Assembly (NCBI RefSeq): GCF_016127575.1
Contig: NZ_CP066019.1
Coordinates: 2,550,001 to 2,582,000 of the forward strand
DNA length: 32,000 nt
Direction of reading: 5' to 3'
Origin: Cupriavidus necator
GTDB lineage: Bacteria > Pseudomonadota > Gammaproteobacteria > Burkholderiales > Burkholderiaceae
In this document: positions 1-8,644 of the stretch, piece after piece
Layout: the number at the start of each line of letters is the position of its first letter
Position numbering within the stretch: position 1 is the stretch's first letter
Translations under genes and position numbers: made by a program
Notes under the pieces: model-generated
Told to the model about the DNA's origin: nothing
The model's database searches: none
The model's input: the letters and a program-made list of their open reading frames with translations, nothing else

Positions 1-437
1 TTTTCTTTATGTACGTTCAGTGATTGATTGGCGCTCACCCCAATCGGCAGCCATTCCTCTGGCCCCTCCATCGACTTCTGCGCTCGGTAGTAACTTGCCT
101 CGTTCGCCGCCGTCCTCGGCGCAAAGTCCGGCAGATGCACCATCAGGGGTAGTGAATTGATCTTCGAAGCAAAGGTGCGCACCGGCGCCTTCCAGTTGCG
201 ACGCTCTGGATCAAATACACTCGGATCTCCTTCGTACTCGGTCACCAAGTGGGTGTAGTTCAGCGGGACGGAAACCGGCACACCGCCAAGGTCACCAATA
301 ATCGGATCACGTCCCCGTGGAAGATCAAAGGGACCGGCCCATGCAGCCAAGCGCGCATTAATGGCCACCATAGCAACTGCAATGAGCAGCAACATAGGCG
401 CCGCATACATCAGGCAGCGGCGAACTGATCGTTTCAT
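1..437 (-). CDS. hypothetical membrane-anchored protein, N-terminal part (gene runs off the left edge)
   Basis: The reverse-strand frame from ATG (437..435) to position 1 has no stop: MKRSVRRCLMYAAPMLLLIAVAMVAINARLAAWAGPFDLPRGRDPIIGDL... It has one N-terminal hydrophobic helix. It is absent from the supplied track because it has no stop inside the window. G+C is lower than in the rest of the window. I recognise no family. Confidence 0.5.
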   Translation of the reverse strand, partial: MKRSVRRCLMYAAPMLLLIAVAMVAINARLAAWAGPFDLPRGRDPIIGDLGGVPVSVPLNYTHLVTEYEGDPSVFDPERRNWKAPVRTFASKINSLPLMVHLPDFAPRTAANEASYYRAQKSMEGPEEWLPIGVSANQSLNVHKE

Positions 438-988
438 TGATGAACTATTCAACATACTGCAGCCTACTCTTTACTCTCATGATGAGCACATCAGCAGCAC
501 CCCAAAAATCTGATTGCGGATATCGTCTTTGGCATGTAATCGTTCCTTACTCTCAAAGCTTGAGTGCAACGCACTCACCCAAGGCCACCAGCGAACCGAA
601 ACTTGGGAGAGCGCTGGAACAGGCCCCTAAGAATCCCGGCGCACGCATCATACCAAATCCACTTTCCGGATCATGCGGGAATATTCCCCAAGAACTACCG
701 GAAGATTCGGAAAATAAATAATAAGATCAGAAATTAAATTCTCTAATACCAGTCCGGGGATCGAGTCCATGCTGGGTCGCGCCAGGATACCGCGAGCGAT
801 CCGGCCCACTCCTTTGTTTATGGCAATTGTTTACATTTGCTCTTGACATGTCCTACAGCGCGCTCTTGAACAACTCCAGCGGCACACAGTCGCGATGCTT
901 GTCGTTCGGCTATATTGCAGCGCCGCCCTCAGAATGGGTCGTGGCCGAGCCTGTGCAGTCGATGCCGGGAATAGCGTTGTCGCGGGCC

Positions 989-1765
989 CTATTGCACATG
1001 CGCCGCGAACCCCACTGCCCCCGGCTCAACCTCCTCACGCAGCGTCAGTTGCGGAATCCGGTAGTCCCCCGCGTTCTGCCGCCGGAAGGGGATCGGTGCG
1101 GTCGTCCCCAGCATATCCAGCCGCTGGCCCAATTCCTCGCGAATCCCCGCAAAGCGCGCCTCATCAACCTTGCTGGTCCGATACACCAGGTACGGCGGCA
1201 GCACGTCAGACCCGGGGTAGTACAGGATTCCGTGATGGATCGGGAACAGGATGTCGTCGATCGGGCCATTGATCCCGCGCGGGCTGTAGTGCGACTCCCA
1301 GCCGCCGGTCGTGACAATCAGCATGGCACGCTTGCCGGCGAGGCTGCCCTCGCCATAGCGGTCGCCCCAGCGCTCGTCGGAGTGCTCACCCACGCCGTAG
1401 GCAAAACCATAGGCATAGACGCGCTCGACCCAGCCCTTCAGGATGGCCGGCATCGAGAACCACCACAGCGGGAACTGCAGGATCACGGCGTCGGCCCAGC
1501 GCAGCTTTTCCTGCTCATGCGCAATGTCATCGCTCTGCAGCCCGTTCTCGAAGGCGTGCTTGGAATCCAGTGACGGGTGGAAGGGTGCGTTGCCCGGCTG
1601 CGCCTTGGTGTCGGCGCCGTCGAGCTGGGCCTTCCACTGCATCGCATACAGGTCCGAGACCTGGACCTGGTGCCCGGCATCGCGCAAGCGCTGCACGGCA
1701 AAGTCGCGGATCGCGCCGTTAAGCGACCTCGGTTCCGGGTGGGCATACACAAGCAATACGTTCAT
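989..1765 (-). CDS. NAD(P)H:quinone oxidoreductase, flavodoxin-like fold (NQO1/Flavodoxin_2 type)
   Basis: Track ORF 989..1780. I moved the start to ATG 1765 (MNVLLVYAHPEPRSLN...), which has GGAAG about 9 nt upstream. The motifs VLLVYAHP and LQFPLWWFSMPAILKGWVERV are typical of this family. The gene is divergent from a LysR gene. Confidence 0.8.
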   Translation of the reverse strand: MNVLLVYAHPEPRSLNGAIRDFAVQRLRDAGHQVQVSDLYAMQWKAQLDGADTKAQPGNAPFHPSLDSKHAFENGLQSDDIAHEQEKLRWADAVILQFPLWWFSMPAILKGWVERVYAYGFAYGVGEHSDERWGDRYGEGSLAGKRAMLIVTTGGWESHYSPRGINGPIDDILFPIHHGILYYPGSDVLPPYLVYRTSKVDEARFAGIREELGQRLDMLGTTAPIPFRRQNAGDYRIPQLTLREEVEPGAVGFAAHVQ

Positions 1766-1815
1766 GACAGCGGCTTCCAATGATTGAGTGAACCCAGCAT
1801 AGGCCGTCGTCAGCT

Positions 1816-1832
1816 ATATTAGAAATGAATAT
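1816..1832. promoter_or_regulatory. candidate LysR-type operator (ATATT-N7-AATAT, contains T-N11-A)
   Basis: A dyad with perfect 5-bp arms lies in the AT-rich 87-bp divergent intergenic region between the quinone reductase and the LysR gene. Confidence 0.35.
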
Positions 1833-1852
1833 CCAATATCCCAGGTATTGTC

Positions 1853-2746
1853 ATGAATAATCTCAGACGGCTGGACCTGAACCTGCTGGTGACGCTGGAT
1901 GTGCTGCTGTCCGAGCACAACGTGACCCGCGCGGCGCAGCGGCTGCACCTGTCGCAGCCTTCGGTCAGCGTCCACTTGTCGAGGCTGCGCGATTACTTCG
2001 GTGACCCGCTGCTGTTGCCGGGCCCGCGCGGCATGCGTCCCACCGCCAAGGCGGAATCGCTGCGCGAACCGTTGCGCGAAGCGCTGGCCGCGCTGGAGCA
2101 TGCGGTCTCGTCCGATACGCCGTTCGATCCCGCCGCCTCGACCCACACCTGGCGCGTGGCTGCGACCGACTACGGCGAATCGACCATCGTGCTGCCGGCG
2201 CTGCAGGCGCTGCGCATGGCGGCGCCCGGCGCGCGCCTGGCCGTGGTCGAGATGGTGCCGCCGCGCATCGCCCGGCAGGCCGAGCGTGCCGAACTGGACC
2301 TGGCCTTCCATACCACCGATGGCTCGCCGCCGGGCCTGCACCGGCGTGCGCTGTTTACCGAGCGCTATGTGCTGGTGGGCCGCGCCGGCCATCCGCGGCT
2401 GAAGCGGCGGCCCACGCTGGCGCAGTTCTGCGCGCTCGACCATGTGATTGTGTCGCCGGACGGTGGCGGCTTCTACGGCGTCACCGACGAGGCGCTGGTA
2501 CTGGCCGGCATGCAGCGGCGTGTGGTGCTGTCAGTGCCCCACTTCCTGTTTGTCACGTCGGCCGTTGCCAGCACCGATCTGGTGGCGATGCTGCCCGAGC
2601 GGCTGGTGCGCGGCGTGCCGGGACTGAAGGTGGTGGAACCACCAGTCGAAGTGCCGGGCTATGAGATGTCGATGTTGTGGCCAGAGCGCGTGCATCGCGA
2701 TCCGGCGCATAGTTGGCTGCGTGAACTCATCGTCACATCGGTCTGA
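1853..2746 (+). CDS. LysR-family transcriptional regulator
   Basis: Start is ATG 1853. The N-terminal winged HTH LDLNLLVTLDVLLSEHNVTRAAQRLHLSQPSVSVHLSRLR, the 297-aa length and the divergent arrangement with a redox enzyme gene all fit a LysR-type regulator. Confidence 0.9.
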   Translation: MNNLRRLDLNLLVTLDVLLSEHNVTRAAQRLHLSQPSVSVHLSRLRDYFGDPLLLPGPRGMRPTAKAESLREPLREALAALEHAVSSDTPFDPAASTHTWRVAATDYGESTIVLPALQALRMAAPGARLAVVEMVPPRIARQAERAELDLAFHTTDGSPPGLHRRALFTERYVLVGRAGHPRLKRRPTLAQFCALDHVIVSPDGGGFYGVTDEALVLAGMQRRVVLSVPHFLFVTSAVASTDLVAMLPERLVRGVPGLKVVEPPVEVPGYEMSMLWPERVHRDPAHSWLRELIVTSV

Positions 2747-2851
2747 GCGGCGCTGCCTCGCACGTTTGCATACAAAACTGGAATACAATCAGCTCTTTCA
2801 ACGCTGCGGCATGGGGTGGTACCCGGTGCCGCCCCAGTTTTGGAGGAGACC

Positions 2852-3238
2852 ATGACGTATTCAGAAACGGGCCTGACTTCCCGCCACGTGGCCGCGCTCG
2901 CGCCGATCGAGGATTACCTGCAGGGCCATATCACCGGCAAGGCCGAGTTCATGTACAAGGCGTTTGCCGCCGACGCGCGCATCGTCTCGTTCCGTGATGG
3001 CAAGCTGCATTCGCTGACGGTCGAGGAATTCGCCTCGGCGCGCTGCCCCGGCCATCCCGCGGCAGACGAGGCGCAGCGCAAGCGCTTTATCACGCAGTTC
3101 GATGTGGTGGGCAATGCGGGCGTCGCCAAGGTGGTGCTTGAATACCCGGGCGTGACCTTCACCGACTACATGACGCTGCTGGAGATCGACGGCGTCTGGA
3201 AGATCGTCAACAAGACTTTCAGCGCCGCACCGCGCTGA
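2852..3238 (+). CDS. NTF2-like / putative lumazine-binding fold protein
   Basis: Track ORF 2816..3238. I set the start to ATG 2852, preceded by GGAGGAG (2842-2848). The protein is about 128 aa. The C-terminal pattern VVGNAGVAKVVLEYPGVTFTDYMTLLEIDGVWKIVNKTF resembles NTF2-like small proteins. Confidence 0.6.
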   Translation: MTYSETGLTSRHVAALAPIEDYLQGHITGKAEFMYKAFAADARIVSFRDGKLHSLTVEEFASARCPGHPAADEAQRKRFITQFDVVGNAGVAKVVLEYPGVTFTDYMTLLEIDGVWKIVNKTFSAAPR

Positions 3239-3378
3239 AGATGGGACAGCTGCTGCGGCAAAGCGCCGCAGCGGTGCAGCCCAGGCCCTGCTTTGCGGCA
3301 GCAGGCAATCCTGCCCTTCATCCGCTCGCGCCCGACCACGCGCGCCACTTCGGCGATCACGCAGTCGTTGAGTTGCGT

Positions 3379-3876
3379 TCAGCCCGGCAGCACCGCCGTC
3401 GCTTCGATCTCGAACAGCATGTTGTCCAGCGCCAGCCGCGGCACCGGGATCAGCGTGCAGGCCGGCGTTGGCTTGTCGCCCCACATCTCGCGCAGCGCCG
3501 CACCGAAGGTGCGCAGGCGGTCGTGCGAGTGGTCGACCACCAGCACCGTGAGCTTGGCCACATCGCCCACGTCGGCGCCTGCCGCTTGCAGCGCGATGCG
3601 CAGGTTCTGCATGGCGCGTGCCACCTGGCGCGGGAAATCGAGCGGCAGGCAGCCGGCCGCGTCCTCACCGCCCTGCCCCGCGATATAGACGATGCGGGCC
3701 GGGCCTTCCACCATGGCCACATGCGAATAGCCGTTGGGCCGCGGGTCGTACAGGCCCTCGGGATTGATGAGGCTCAGCGAGGGATTGGGGCGGGCAACCG
3801 GCATGGTGGGCATTGAAGGCAGCGCGGGCATAGAAGGAGAACGCAAGGATGAGGGCGAGAACGGGAACATGGTCAT
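3379..3876 (-). CDS. RidA/YjgF/UK114-family protein (start uncertain)
   Basis: Track ORF 3379..3930 starts at a TTG inside the SoxR box, so the real start must be internal. Candidate ATGs are at 3876, 3870, 3831, 3813 and 3804, and none has a clear SD. The core NPEGLYDPRPNGYSHVAMVEGPARIVYIAGQGG...KLTVLVVD...LFEIEATAV is RidA-family-like. Confidence 0.75.
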   Translation of the reverse strand: MTMFPFSPSSLRSPSMPALPSMPTMPVARPNPSLSLINPEGLYDPRPNGYSHVAMVEGPARIVYIAGQGGEDAAGCLPLDFPRQVARAMQNLRIALQAAGADVGDVAKLTVLVVDHSHDRLRTFGAALREMWGDKPTPACTLIPVPRLALDNMLFEIEATAVLPG

Positions 3877-3915
3877 CAGCTCTGTATTTGAGGCGTGGCG
3901 AACAATGGAGTCGCA

Positions 3916-3946
3916 AGTATCAAACCTCAACCTAAATTGAGGTCAA
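3916..3946 (-). promoter_or_regulatory. SoxR box embedded in a 19-bp-spacer promoter
   Basis: The minus strand reads TTGACC-tcaatttaggttgaggttt-GATACT. The -35 is at 3946..3941 and the -10 at 3921..3916, with a 19-bp spacer (a MerR-family hallmark). The spacer contains the dyad ACCTCAA-N6-TTGAGGT (3924-3943), close to the soxS-type SoxR operator. The promoter points into the RidA-like gene. Confidence 0.7.
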
Positions 3947-4004
3947 GCGCAGCCTTGGTGTTAGCATGGGCATTCCTCCGTTCCACTGGTGTCTTCCACT
4001 GCCG

Positions 4005-4520
4005 ATGGCCTCCGCGAACAAGCCCCCCTCACCGCGCCGGCGCCGTGCCGCGCCTTCCGAAGAACTGCTCTCCGTCGGCGAAGTCGCCGCGCGCACGGGC
4101 ATTGCCGTATCCGCCCTGCATTTCTATGAATCGCGTGGCCTGATCGCCAGCACCCGCAGCGGCGGCAACCAGCGCCGCTATGCGCGTGCCGTGCTGCGGC
4201 GCCTGGCCGTGATCCGCGTGGCGCAGCGCATGGGGTTGCCGCTGGCGGTGATCGCCGATGCCATGCAGAAGCTGCCGGACGGGCGTGCGCCCACCGCGGC
4301 CGACTGGCGCCGGCTGTCGGCGAGCTGGCGCGATGACCTGGATGAACGGATCCGGACGCTCACGCAATTGCGTGACCAGCTGGATGGGTGTATCGGGTGC
4401 GGGTGTCTGTCGTTGAAGGCGTGCCCGTTGCGGAACCCGCATGACGCGCTGGCCGGGGAAGGGCCGGGGCCGCATTTCCCGCCTACTGCAATGTCTGCAG
4501 GTAAGCCAGCAGATCGCTGA
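4005..4520 (+). CDS. soxR: redox-sensitive MerR-family activator SoxR
   Basis: The MerR HTH ([27 protein letters not shown]) and the SoxR [2Fe-2S] signature [17 protein letters not shown] are both present. I prefer ATG 4005 over ATG 3966 by N-terminal length comparison with E. coli SoxR. Neither start has a strong SD. Confidence 0.85.
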   Translation: MASANKPPSPRRRRAAPSEELLSVGEVAARTGIAVSALHFYESRGLIASTRSGGNQRRYARAVLRRLAVIRVAQRMGLPLAVIADAMQKLPDGRAPTAADWRRLSASWRDDLDERIRTLTQLRDQLDGCIGCGCLSLKACPLRNPHDALAGEGPGPHFPPTAMSAGKPADR

Positions 4521-4860
4521 TCTGCTTGTCGTCACTGAGCCCCCAGAAGCGCATCTTGGTGCCAGGCACGACCTTGCCGGGCGAATGGATGAAGGCACGC
4601 AGCGTGTCATGCGACCACACCACCTTTGAAGCGCGCATCGCCTCCGAATACTGGAAATCGCTGGTGCCGCCCGCGGCGCGGCCGAAGATGCCGTTCAGCT
4701 GCGGGCCAAAGCCTGCGCGCGCGTTGCGGCCGACGTGATGGCACGAGGCGCAGCGCGTGGCGAAGAGTGCCTTGCCGGCCTGGATATCGGCGGCAGTGGC
4801 TGCGGTGGGGACGGCGGTGAAGGCGGCCAGGGCCAGCAGGACAAAGGCGGTACGGCGCAT
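4483..4860 (-). CDS. class I c-type cytochrome (cytochrome c2-like), periplasmic
   Basis: Start is ATG 4860. It has a signal peptide ([23 protein letters not shown]), the haem motif [15 protein letters not shown] and a distal Met (GTKMRF). Confidence 0.85.
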   Translation of the reverse strand: MRRTAFVLLALAAFTAVPTAATAADIQAGKALFATRCASCHHVGRNARAGFGPQLNGIFGRAAGGTSDFQYSEAMRASKVVWSHDTLRAFIHSPGKVVPGTKMRFWGLSDDKQISDLLAYLQTLQ

Positions 4861-4959
4861 GGAGCAGCTAGGGAAGGAAAGGGCTTCGGCAACGAGGTTG
4901 CATGATACAGGCGTAGCCAGGACGTCCCTGCCCTGCAGCGGGGTTACACCACGTCACAC

Positions 4960-4987
4960 TTGCAACACTTCGCGCGCCCCATATTAC
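4960..4987 (+). promoter_or_regulatory. candidate sigma70-type promoter TTGCAA-N16-TATTAC
   Basis: This is a hexamer match by eye, about 50 nt upstream of ATG 5039. Confidence 0.3.
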
Positions 4988-5038
4988 AGGCCCGCCCCCT
5001 ACAGTGAGCCCATGTCCAACGCCCCTTGGGAGGCAACC

Positions 5039-5452
5039 ATGAAACGAATCATCGCAATGGCGGTAGCAGGTGGTGCAATGCTGGTGGCCAGCGCCGGGGC
5101 GTACGCCGGTGTGAATATCGATATCGGCATCGGCGTGCCGGGCGTGGTGGTGGCCCAGCCGGCGCCAGTCTATCGTCCAGCCCCGGTCTATGCCCCTGCG
5201 CCGGTGTATGCGCCGGCTCCGGTTGCCTATGCGCCCAGCCCGGTAGTGGTGGCACCGCGCCCCGTCGTGGTGGCACCGGTCCCGGTACGCTATGACTATG
5301 ACCGCGGCTATCGCAGCGACTACCACCGGGGCTACTACCGGGAAGGCTACCGCGAAGGCTATCGAGACCACCGCCGCGACTGGCGCGAGCGCGAATGGGC
5401 ACACCGTCATGGTCACAATGACGGCCACGGCCACGGGCGCCGCTGGGACTGA
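5039..5452 (+). CDS. secreted low-complexity protein with PAPVY repeats and an Arg/Tyr/His-rich tail
   Basis: Track ORF 4757..5452. I set the start to ATG 5039, after GGGAGG (5028-5033). The signal peptide is MKRIIAMAVAGGAMLVASAGAYA. It is followed by PAPVYRPAPVYAPAPVYAPAPVAYAPSPVVVAPRPVVVAPVPV, then GYR repeats and HGHNDGHGHG. Confidence 0.6.
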   Translation: MKRIIAMAVAGGAMLVASAGAYAGVNIDIGIGVPGVVVAQPAPVYRPAPVYAPAPVYAPAPVAYAPSPVVVAPRPVVVAPVPVRYDYDRGYRSDYHRGYYREGYREGYRDHRRDWREREWAHRHGHNDGHGHGRRWD

Positions 5453-5584
5453 CGGGTTCGTATGGGGCGGGCGCCACGGCCACGGCCGCGGCGCCCGCCT
5501 GCAAGGATTCGCCAGTCAGGCTACCCTGTCGGCAATTTCCAGATCCGGGCCGGGGCCATACCCCTGCCCATGCCAGGAGTAGCC

Positions 5585-6244
5585 ATGCCCCAACCCATCA
5601 AGATCGACTTCGTCTCCGACATTGCCTGCCCCTGGTGCGCCATCGGCCTGTCTTCACTGCAACTGGCGTTGCAGCGCCTTGGCGATGCGGTGGATGCCGA
5701 GATCGTCGTGCATCCGTTTGAACTCAACCCGGGGATGCGCCCGGAGGGCGAGGCGATCGTCGACTATCTCGGCAGGAAGTACGGGCGCACCCCGGCGCAG
5801 ATCGCAGAGACCCAGGCCATGATCCGCGAGCGCGGCGCCGGCGTGGGCTTTCCGTTTGGCGAGCGCACCCATGTCTACAACACCTTCGACGCCCACCGGC
5901 TGCTGCATTGGGCGGGCCTGGAAGGCAAGCAGCTGCCGCTGAAGCTGGCGCTGCTGCGCGCTTACCATGCCGATGGCAAGGACCCGAGCAATCACGAGGT
6001 GCTGGTCGAAGCCGCGCAGGCCGTTGGCCTGGATGCCGCGGCGGCGCGCAAGGTGCTGGACAGCGATGACTATGCCGATGCGGTGCGCGCGGAAATCCAG
6101 GAGTACCAGCGCATGGGCATCCAGTCGGTGCCATCGATCATCTTCAACAACCGCTACCTGGTCACCGGCGGGCAGCCGGTGGAGGCTTTCGAGCAGGCCA
6201 TCCGGGAAGTCGTGGCCGAGGCGCAGCAGGCTGGCAACAGTTGA
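5585..6244 (+). CDS. DsbA-family thiol oxidoreductase (FrnE/HCCA-isomerase-like), cytoplasmic
   Basis: Track ORF 5462..6244. I set the start to ATG 5585, after AGGAG. The CPWC active site lies in FVSDIACPWCAIG. There is no signal peptide. Confidence 0.85.
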   Translation: MPQPIKIDFVSDIACPWCAIGLSSLQLALQRLGDAVDAEIVVHPFELNPGMRPEGEAIVDYLGRKYGRTPAQIAETQAMIRERGAGVGFPFGERTHVYNTFDAHRLLHWAGLEGKQLPLKLALLRAYHADGKDPSNHEVLVEAAQAVGLDAAAARKVLDSDDYADAVRAEIQEYQRMGIQSVPSIIFNNRYLVTGGQPVEAFEQAIREVVAEAQQAGNS

Positions 6245-6265
6245 GCCGCCACGCATCGGCAGGAT

Positions 6266-6295
6266 AAAAAAGCCCGCCCCGAACCCCGGGCGGGC
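6266..6295 (-). terminator. intrinsic terminator of norB
   Basis: The minus strand reads gcccgccc-ggggttcg-gggcgggc followed by TTTTTT. That is an 8-bp GC stem, an 8-nt loop and a U-run, 27 nt after the norB stop. Confidence 0.7.
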
Positions 6296-6321
6296 AAACA
6301 CTGCCTCTCGCTCCCTATCTT

Positions 6322-8610
6322 TCAACGTGCCGCCGGCTTCATCCCTGCCGGCACCGCATCCGCCGCCAGCGGCGTACGATTCGCCAGCCCCAGCACCACC
6401 TGCCAGGCAAACGACACCGCGCCGACGATAAACACCACGTCGCCGAAGGTGCGCACCCAGCGCAGGGTCTGCAGGATGGGCTGCTGCATGAAGGCCTCGC
6501 TGCGCGCATACCAGGTGCCATGCTCGACGCTGGCCAGGAACTGGATGATGCCGATCGGCAGCAGGCTGGTGCCGATCATCAGCACCAGGCCGAGGTTCAG
6601 CCCCCAGAAGGCGGTCTTCATCAGCGTTGGGCTGAGCCGGTAGGCCGGGCGCACGTAGCGCAGCACCAGCAGCGTGAAGCCCAGCGCCAGGAACCCGTAC
6701 ACCCCGAACAGCGCGGCATGGGCATGCACTGGCGTGGTGTTCTGTCCCTGGATGTAGTACAGCGCGATCGGCGGGTTGATCATGAAGCCGAACACCCCGG
6801 CGCCCAGCATGTTCCAGAACGCCACCGCGACAAAGCACATCAGCGGCCACTTCAGGTCTGCCATCCACGGCGCGCGCCGCTTCAGGCTCCAGTTCTCCCA
6901 GGCCTCATGGCCCAGCACGATCAGCGGCACCACTTCCAGCGCGCTGAAGGCGGCGCCCACTGCCATCACGGGCGTGGTGGTGCCGGCAAAGTACAGGTGG
7001 TGGAAGGTGCCGGGAATCCCGCCCAGCATGAACAGCGAGGCCGAGGCCAGGCTGGCGGCCGTTGCCATCGGGCGCGACACCAGGCCCAGCGTGGAGAAGA
7101 TGAAGGCCAGCGCGGTGGTGGCAAAAACTTCGAAGAACCCTTCCACCCACAGGTGCACCACCCACCAGCGCCAGTACTCCATCACCGTCAGGCTGGTGCG
7201 TTCGCCGTAGGCCAGGCCCGCGCCGTAGAACAGGCCGATTGCCACCACCGACGAGGTCAGCAGCGCCAGCAGGTTGCGGTCGGTGCCGCGCGCGCGCAGC
7301 GCCGGCAGGATGCCGCGCATCATCAGCACCAGCCAGATCAGGATGCCGGCGAACTTGCCGATCTGCCACAGCCGGCCCAGGTCGACATACTCATAGCCCT
7401 GGTGGCCCAGCCAGAAGTTCAGGTGGGCAGGCAGCTTCTGCGCGATCGCCAGGTAGTTGCCGGTGAACGATCCCACCACCACGACCACCAGTGCCCAGAA
7501 CAGGACTTCGACGCCCAGGCGCTGGTACTTCGGGTCCTTGCCGCCGTTGATCAGCGGCGCGAGGAACAGGCCCGCGGCCAGGAAGCCGGTGGCGATCCAG
7601 AACAGCGCGCTCTGGATATGCCAGGTGCGCACCAGTGCGTAGGGGAACCACTGCGAGACGTCGATGCCGTAGAACTTCTGGCCTTCGACGGTGTAGTGCG
7701 CGGTAAAGCCGCCCAGGAACACCTGGAACACGAATAACGCCACCACCAGGAACAGGTACTTGCCGAGCGCGCGCTGCGACGGCGTCAGCGCCACGGCCAG
7801 CAGCGGATCGCGTGCCGGCGCCTGCGGCGGCGCGTCTTCCTTGCCGCGCAGGAAGGCCCATGCCCATACCAGGAAGCCGACCCCGGCCAGCAGCACCACC
7901 ACGCTGATTACCGACCACACCACGTTCTCGCTGGTGGGCTGGTTGCCGATCAGCGGCTCGTGCGGCCAATTGTTGGTGTAGGTGGCTTCGTGCCCCGGGC
8001 GCGCGGTCGATGCGGCCCACGCGGTCCAGAAGAAGAAGTGCGTGAGTTGTTCGCGGCGCTCGGCGCTGGGCAGCGTGTTCTCCTTCATCGCGTAGTGCTC
8101 GCGCGTGGTGTGCAGCGCCGGCGCGTCGGAGAAGAGCTGGTCGTAGTAGGCGGCGGTGTCGGCAATGGCCTGCGCGCGGCGCTTCGACACGGTCAGCACG
8201 TTGGTGGCCGGATCGGTGGCATTGCCGCGGTACTCGGTGCGCAGCTGCTCGCGCAGCGCGGCCTGCGCCGGCGCGTCGAGTTGCGCATAGGGCCGGCCGT
8301 TGGCGTCCTGCGCGGCCAGCTCCAGCCACGCGCTCAGTTCGCGGTGCAGCCAGTCGGCGGTCCAGTCCGGCGCCTGGTAGGCGCCGTGGCCCCAGATGGA
8401 GCCCAGCTGCATGCCGCCCACGGATTGCCAGGCGGTCTGGCCGTCCAGGATCTCTTCACCGGTGAAGAGCGTGCGGCCCTCGGTCGTGACGACCTTGGCC
8501 GGCATTGGCGGGGCCTGCCGGTACACCTCGACGCCGTAGTAGCCGAGCAGGGAGAACGTGACCGCCAGCACGGCGATCAGCAGGAACCAGAGTCTGCGGT
8601 AGGAACCCAT
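6322..8610 (-). CDS. norB: quinol-dependent nitric oxide reductase (qNOR), single subunit
   Basis: 762 aa, start ATG 8610. An N-terminal TM helix and periplasmic extension precede a haem-copper-oxidase core with His-ligand motifs (HLWVEGFFE, GTFHHLYF, HAHAALFG). Confidence 0.95.
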   Translation of the reverse strand: MGSYRRLWFLLIAVLAVTFSLLGYYGVEVYRQAPPMPAKVVTTEGRTLFTGEEILDGQTAWQSVGGMQLGSIWGHGAYQAPDWTADWLHRELSAWLELAAQDANGRPYAQLDAPAQAALREQLRTEYRGNATDPATNVLTVSKRRAQAIADTAAYYDQLFSDAPALHTTREHYAMKENTLPSAERREQLTHFFFWTAWAASTARPGHEATYTNNWPHEPLIGNQPTSENVVWSVISVVVLLAGVGFLVWAWAFLRGKEDAPPQAPARDPLLAVALTPSQRALGKYLFLVVALFVFQVFLGGFTAHYTVEGQKFYGIDVSQWFPYALVRTWHIQSALFWIATGFLAAGLFLAPLINGGKDPKYQRLGVEVLFWALVVVVVGSFTGNYLAIAQKLPAHLNFWLGHQGYEYVDLGRLWQIGKFAGILIWLVLMMRGILPALRARGTDRNLLALLTSSVVAIGLFYGAGLAYGERTSLTVMEYWRWWVVHLWVEGFFEVFATTALAFIFSTLGLVSRPMATAASLASASLFMLGGIPGTFHHLYFAGTTTPVMAVGAAFSALEVVPLIVLGHEAWENWSLKRRAPWMADLKWPLMCFVAVAFWNMLGAGVFGFMINPPIALYYIQGQNTTPVHAHAALFGVYGFLALGFTLLVLRYVRPAYRLSPTLMKTAFWGLNLGLVLMIGTSLLPIGIIQFLASVEHGTWYARSEAFMQQPILQTLRWVRTFGDVVFIVGAVSFAWQVVLGLANRTPLAADAVPAGMKPAAR

Positions 8611-8644
8611 GATGCGAAGTCGTTGGTTATGGTGGCGGGAGGGC

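Noticed and set aside
437-721. A 94-aa plus-strand ORF lies in the low-GC left flank.
   Set aside because: It starts at a TTG/ATG that abuts the start codon of the divergent minus-strand ORF. It has no SD, its composition is Ser/Pro-rich, and I recognise no motif. It may be real in a foreign island, but I cannot support it.
754-784. A tRNA-like T-arm and acceptor fragment was considered as a functional tRNA gene.
   Set aside because: No complementary 5' acceptor strand, D-arm or anticodon arm can be found upstream, and the T-stem pairs poorly. I keep it only as a possible att-site remnant (see findings).
852-860. The 9-mer CCTACAGCG is shared by the intergenic regions at 852-860 and 21824-21832, with a near copy CCTTACAGCG at 24851-24860. 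I considered it as a common regulatory motif.
   Set aside because: A repeated 9-mer is expected by chance in 64 kb of two-strand sequence. Flanking sequence and distance to the genes are not conserved.
4483-4520. The 3' ends of the convergent soxR and cytochrome c genes overlap by 38 bp. I considered this as a possible antisense regulatory arrangement.
   Set aside because: Short convergent overlaps are common in compact GC-rich genomes, and there is no additional structure or motif to support regulation. The overlap also depends on the slightly long SoxR C-terminal tail being translated as annotated.
5654-6868. There are many long ORFs (100-666 aa) on the opposite strand or in alternative frames of real genes. 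Examples are 5654..6868, 6520..7737, 7391..8329, 9507..10559, 11859..13355, 14758..15930, 14894..16027, 17510..18775, 19235..20302, 20587..21777, 24644..25834, 24937..26187, 26131..28131 and 27416..28918.
   Set aside because: Their translations are Arg/Ala/Gly/Pro-rich with no recognisable motifs. They fully overlap ORFs that carry clear family signatures. Stop-poor alternative frames are expected in DNA this GC-rich.
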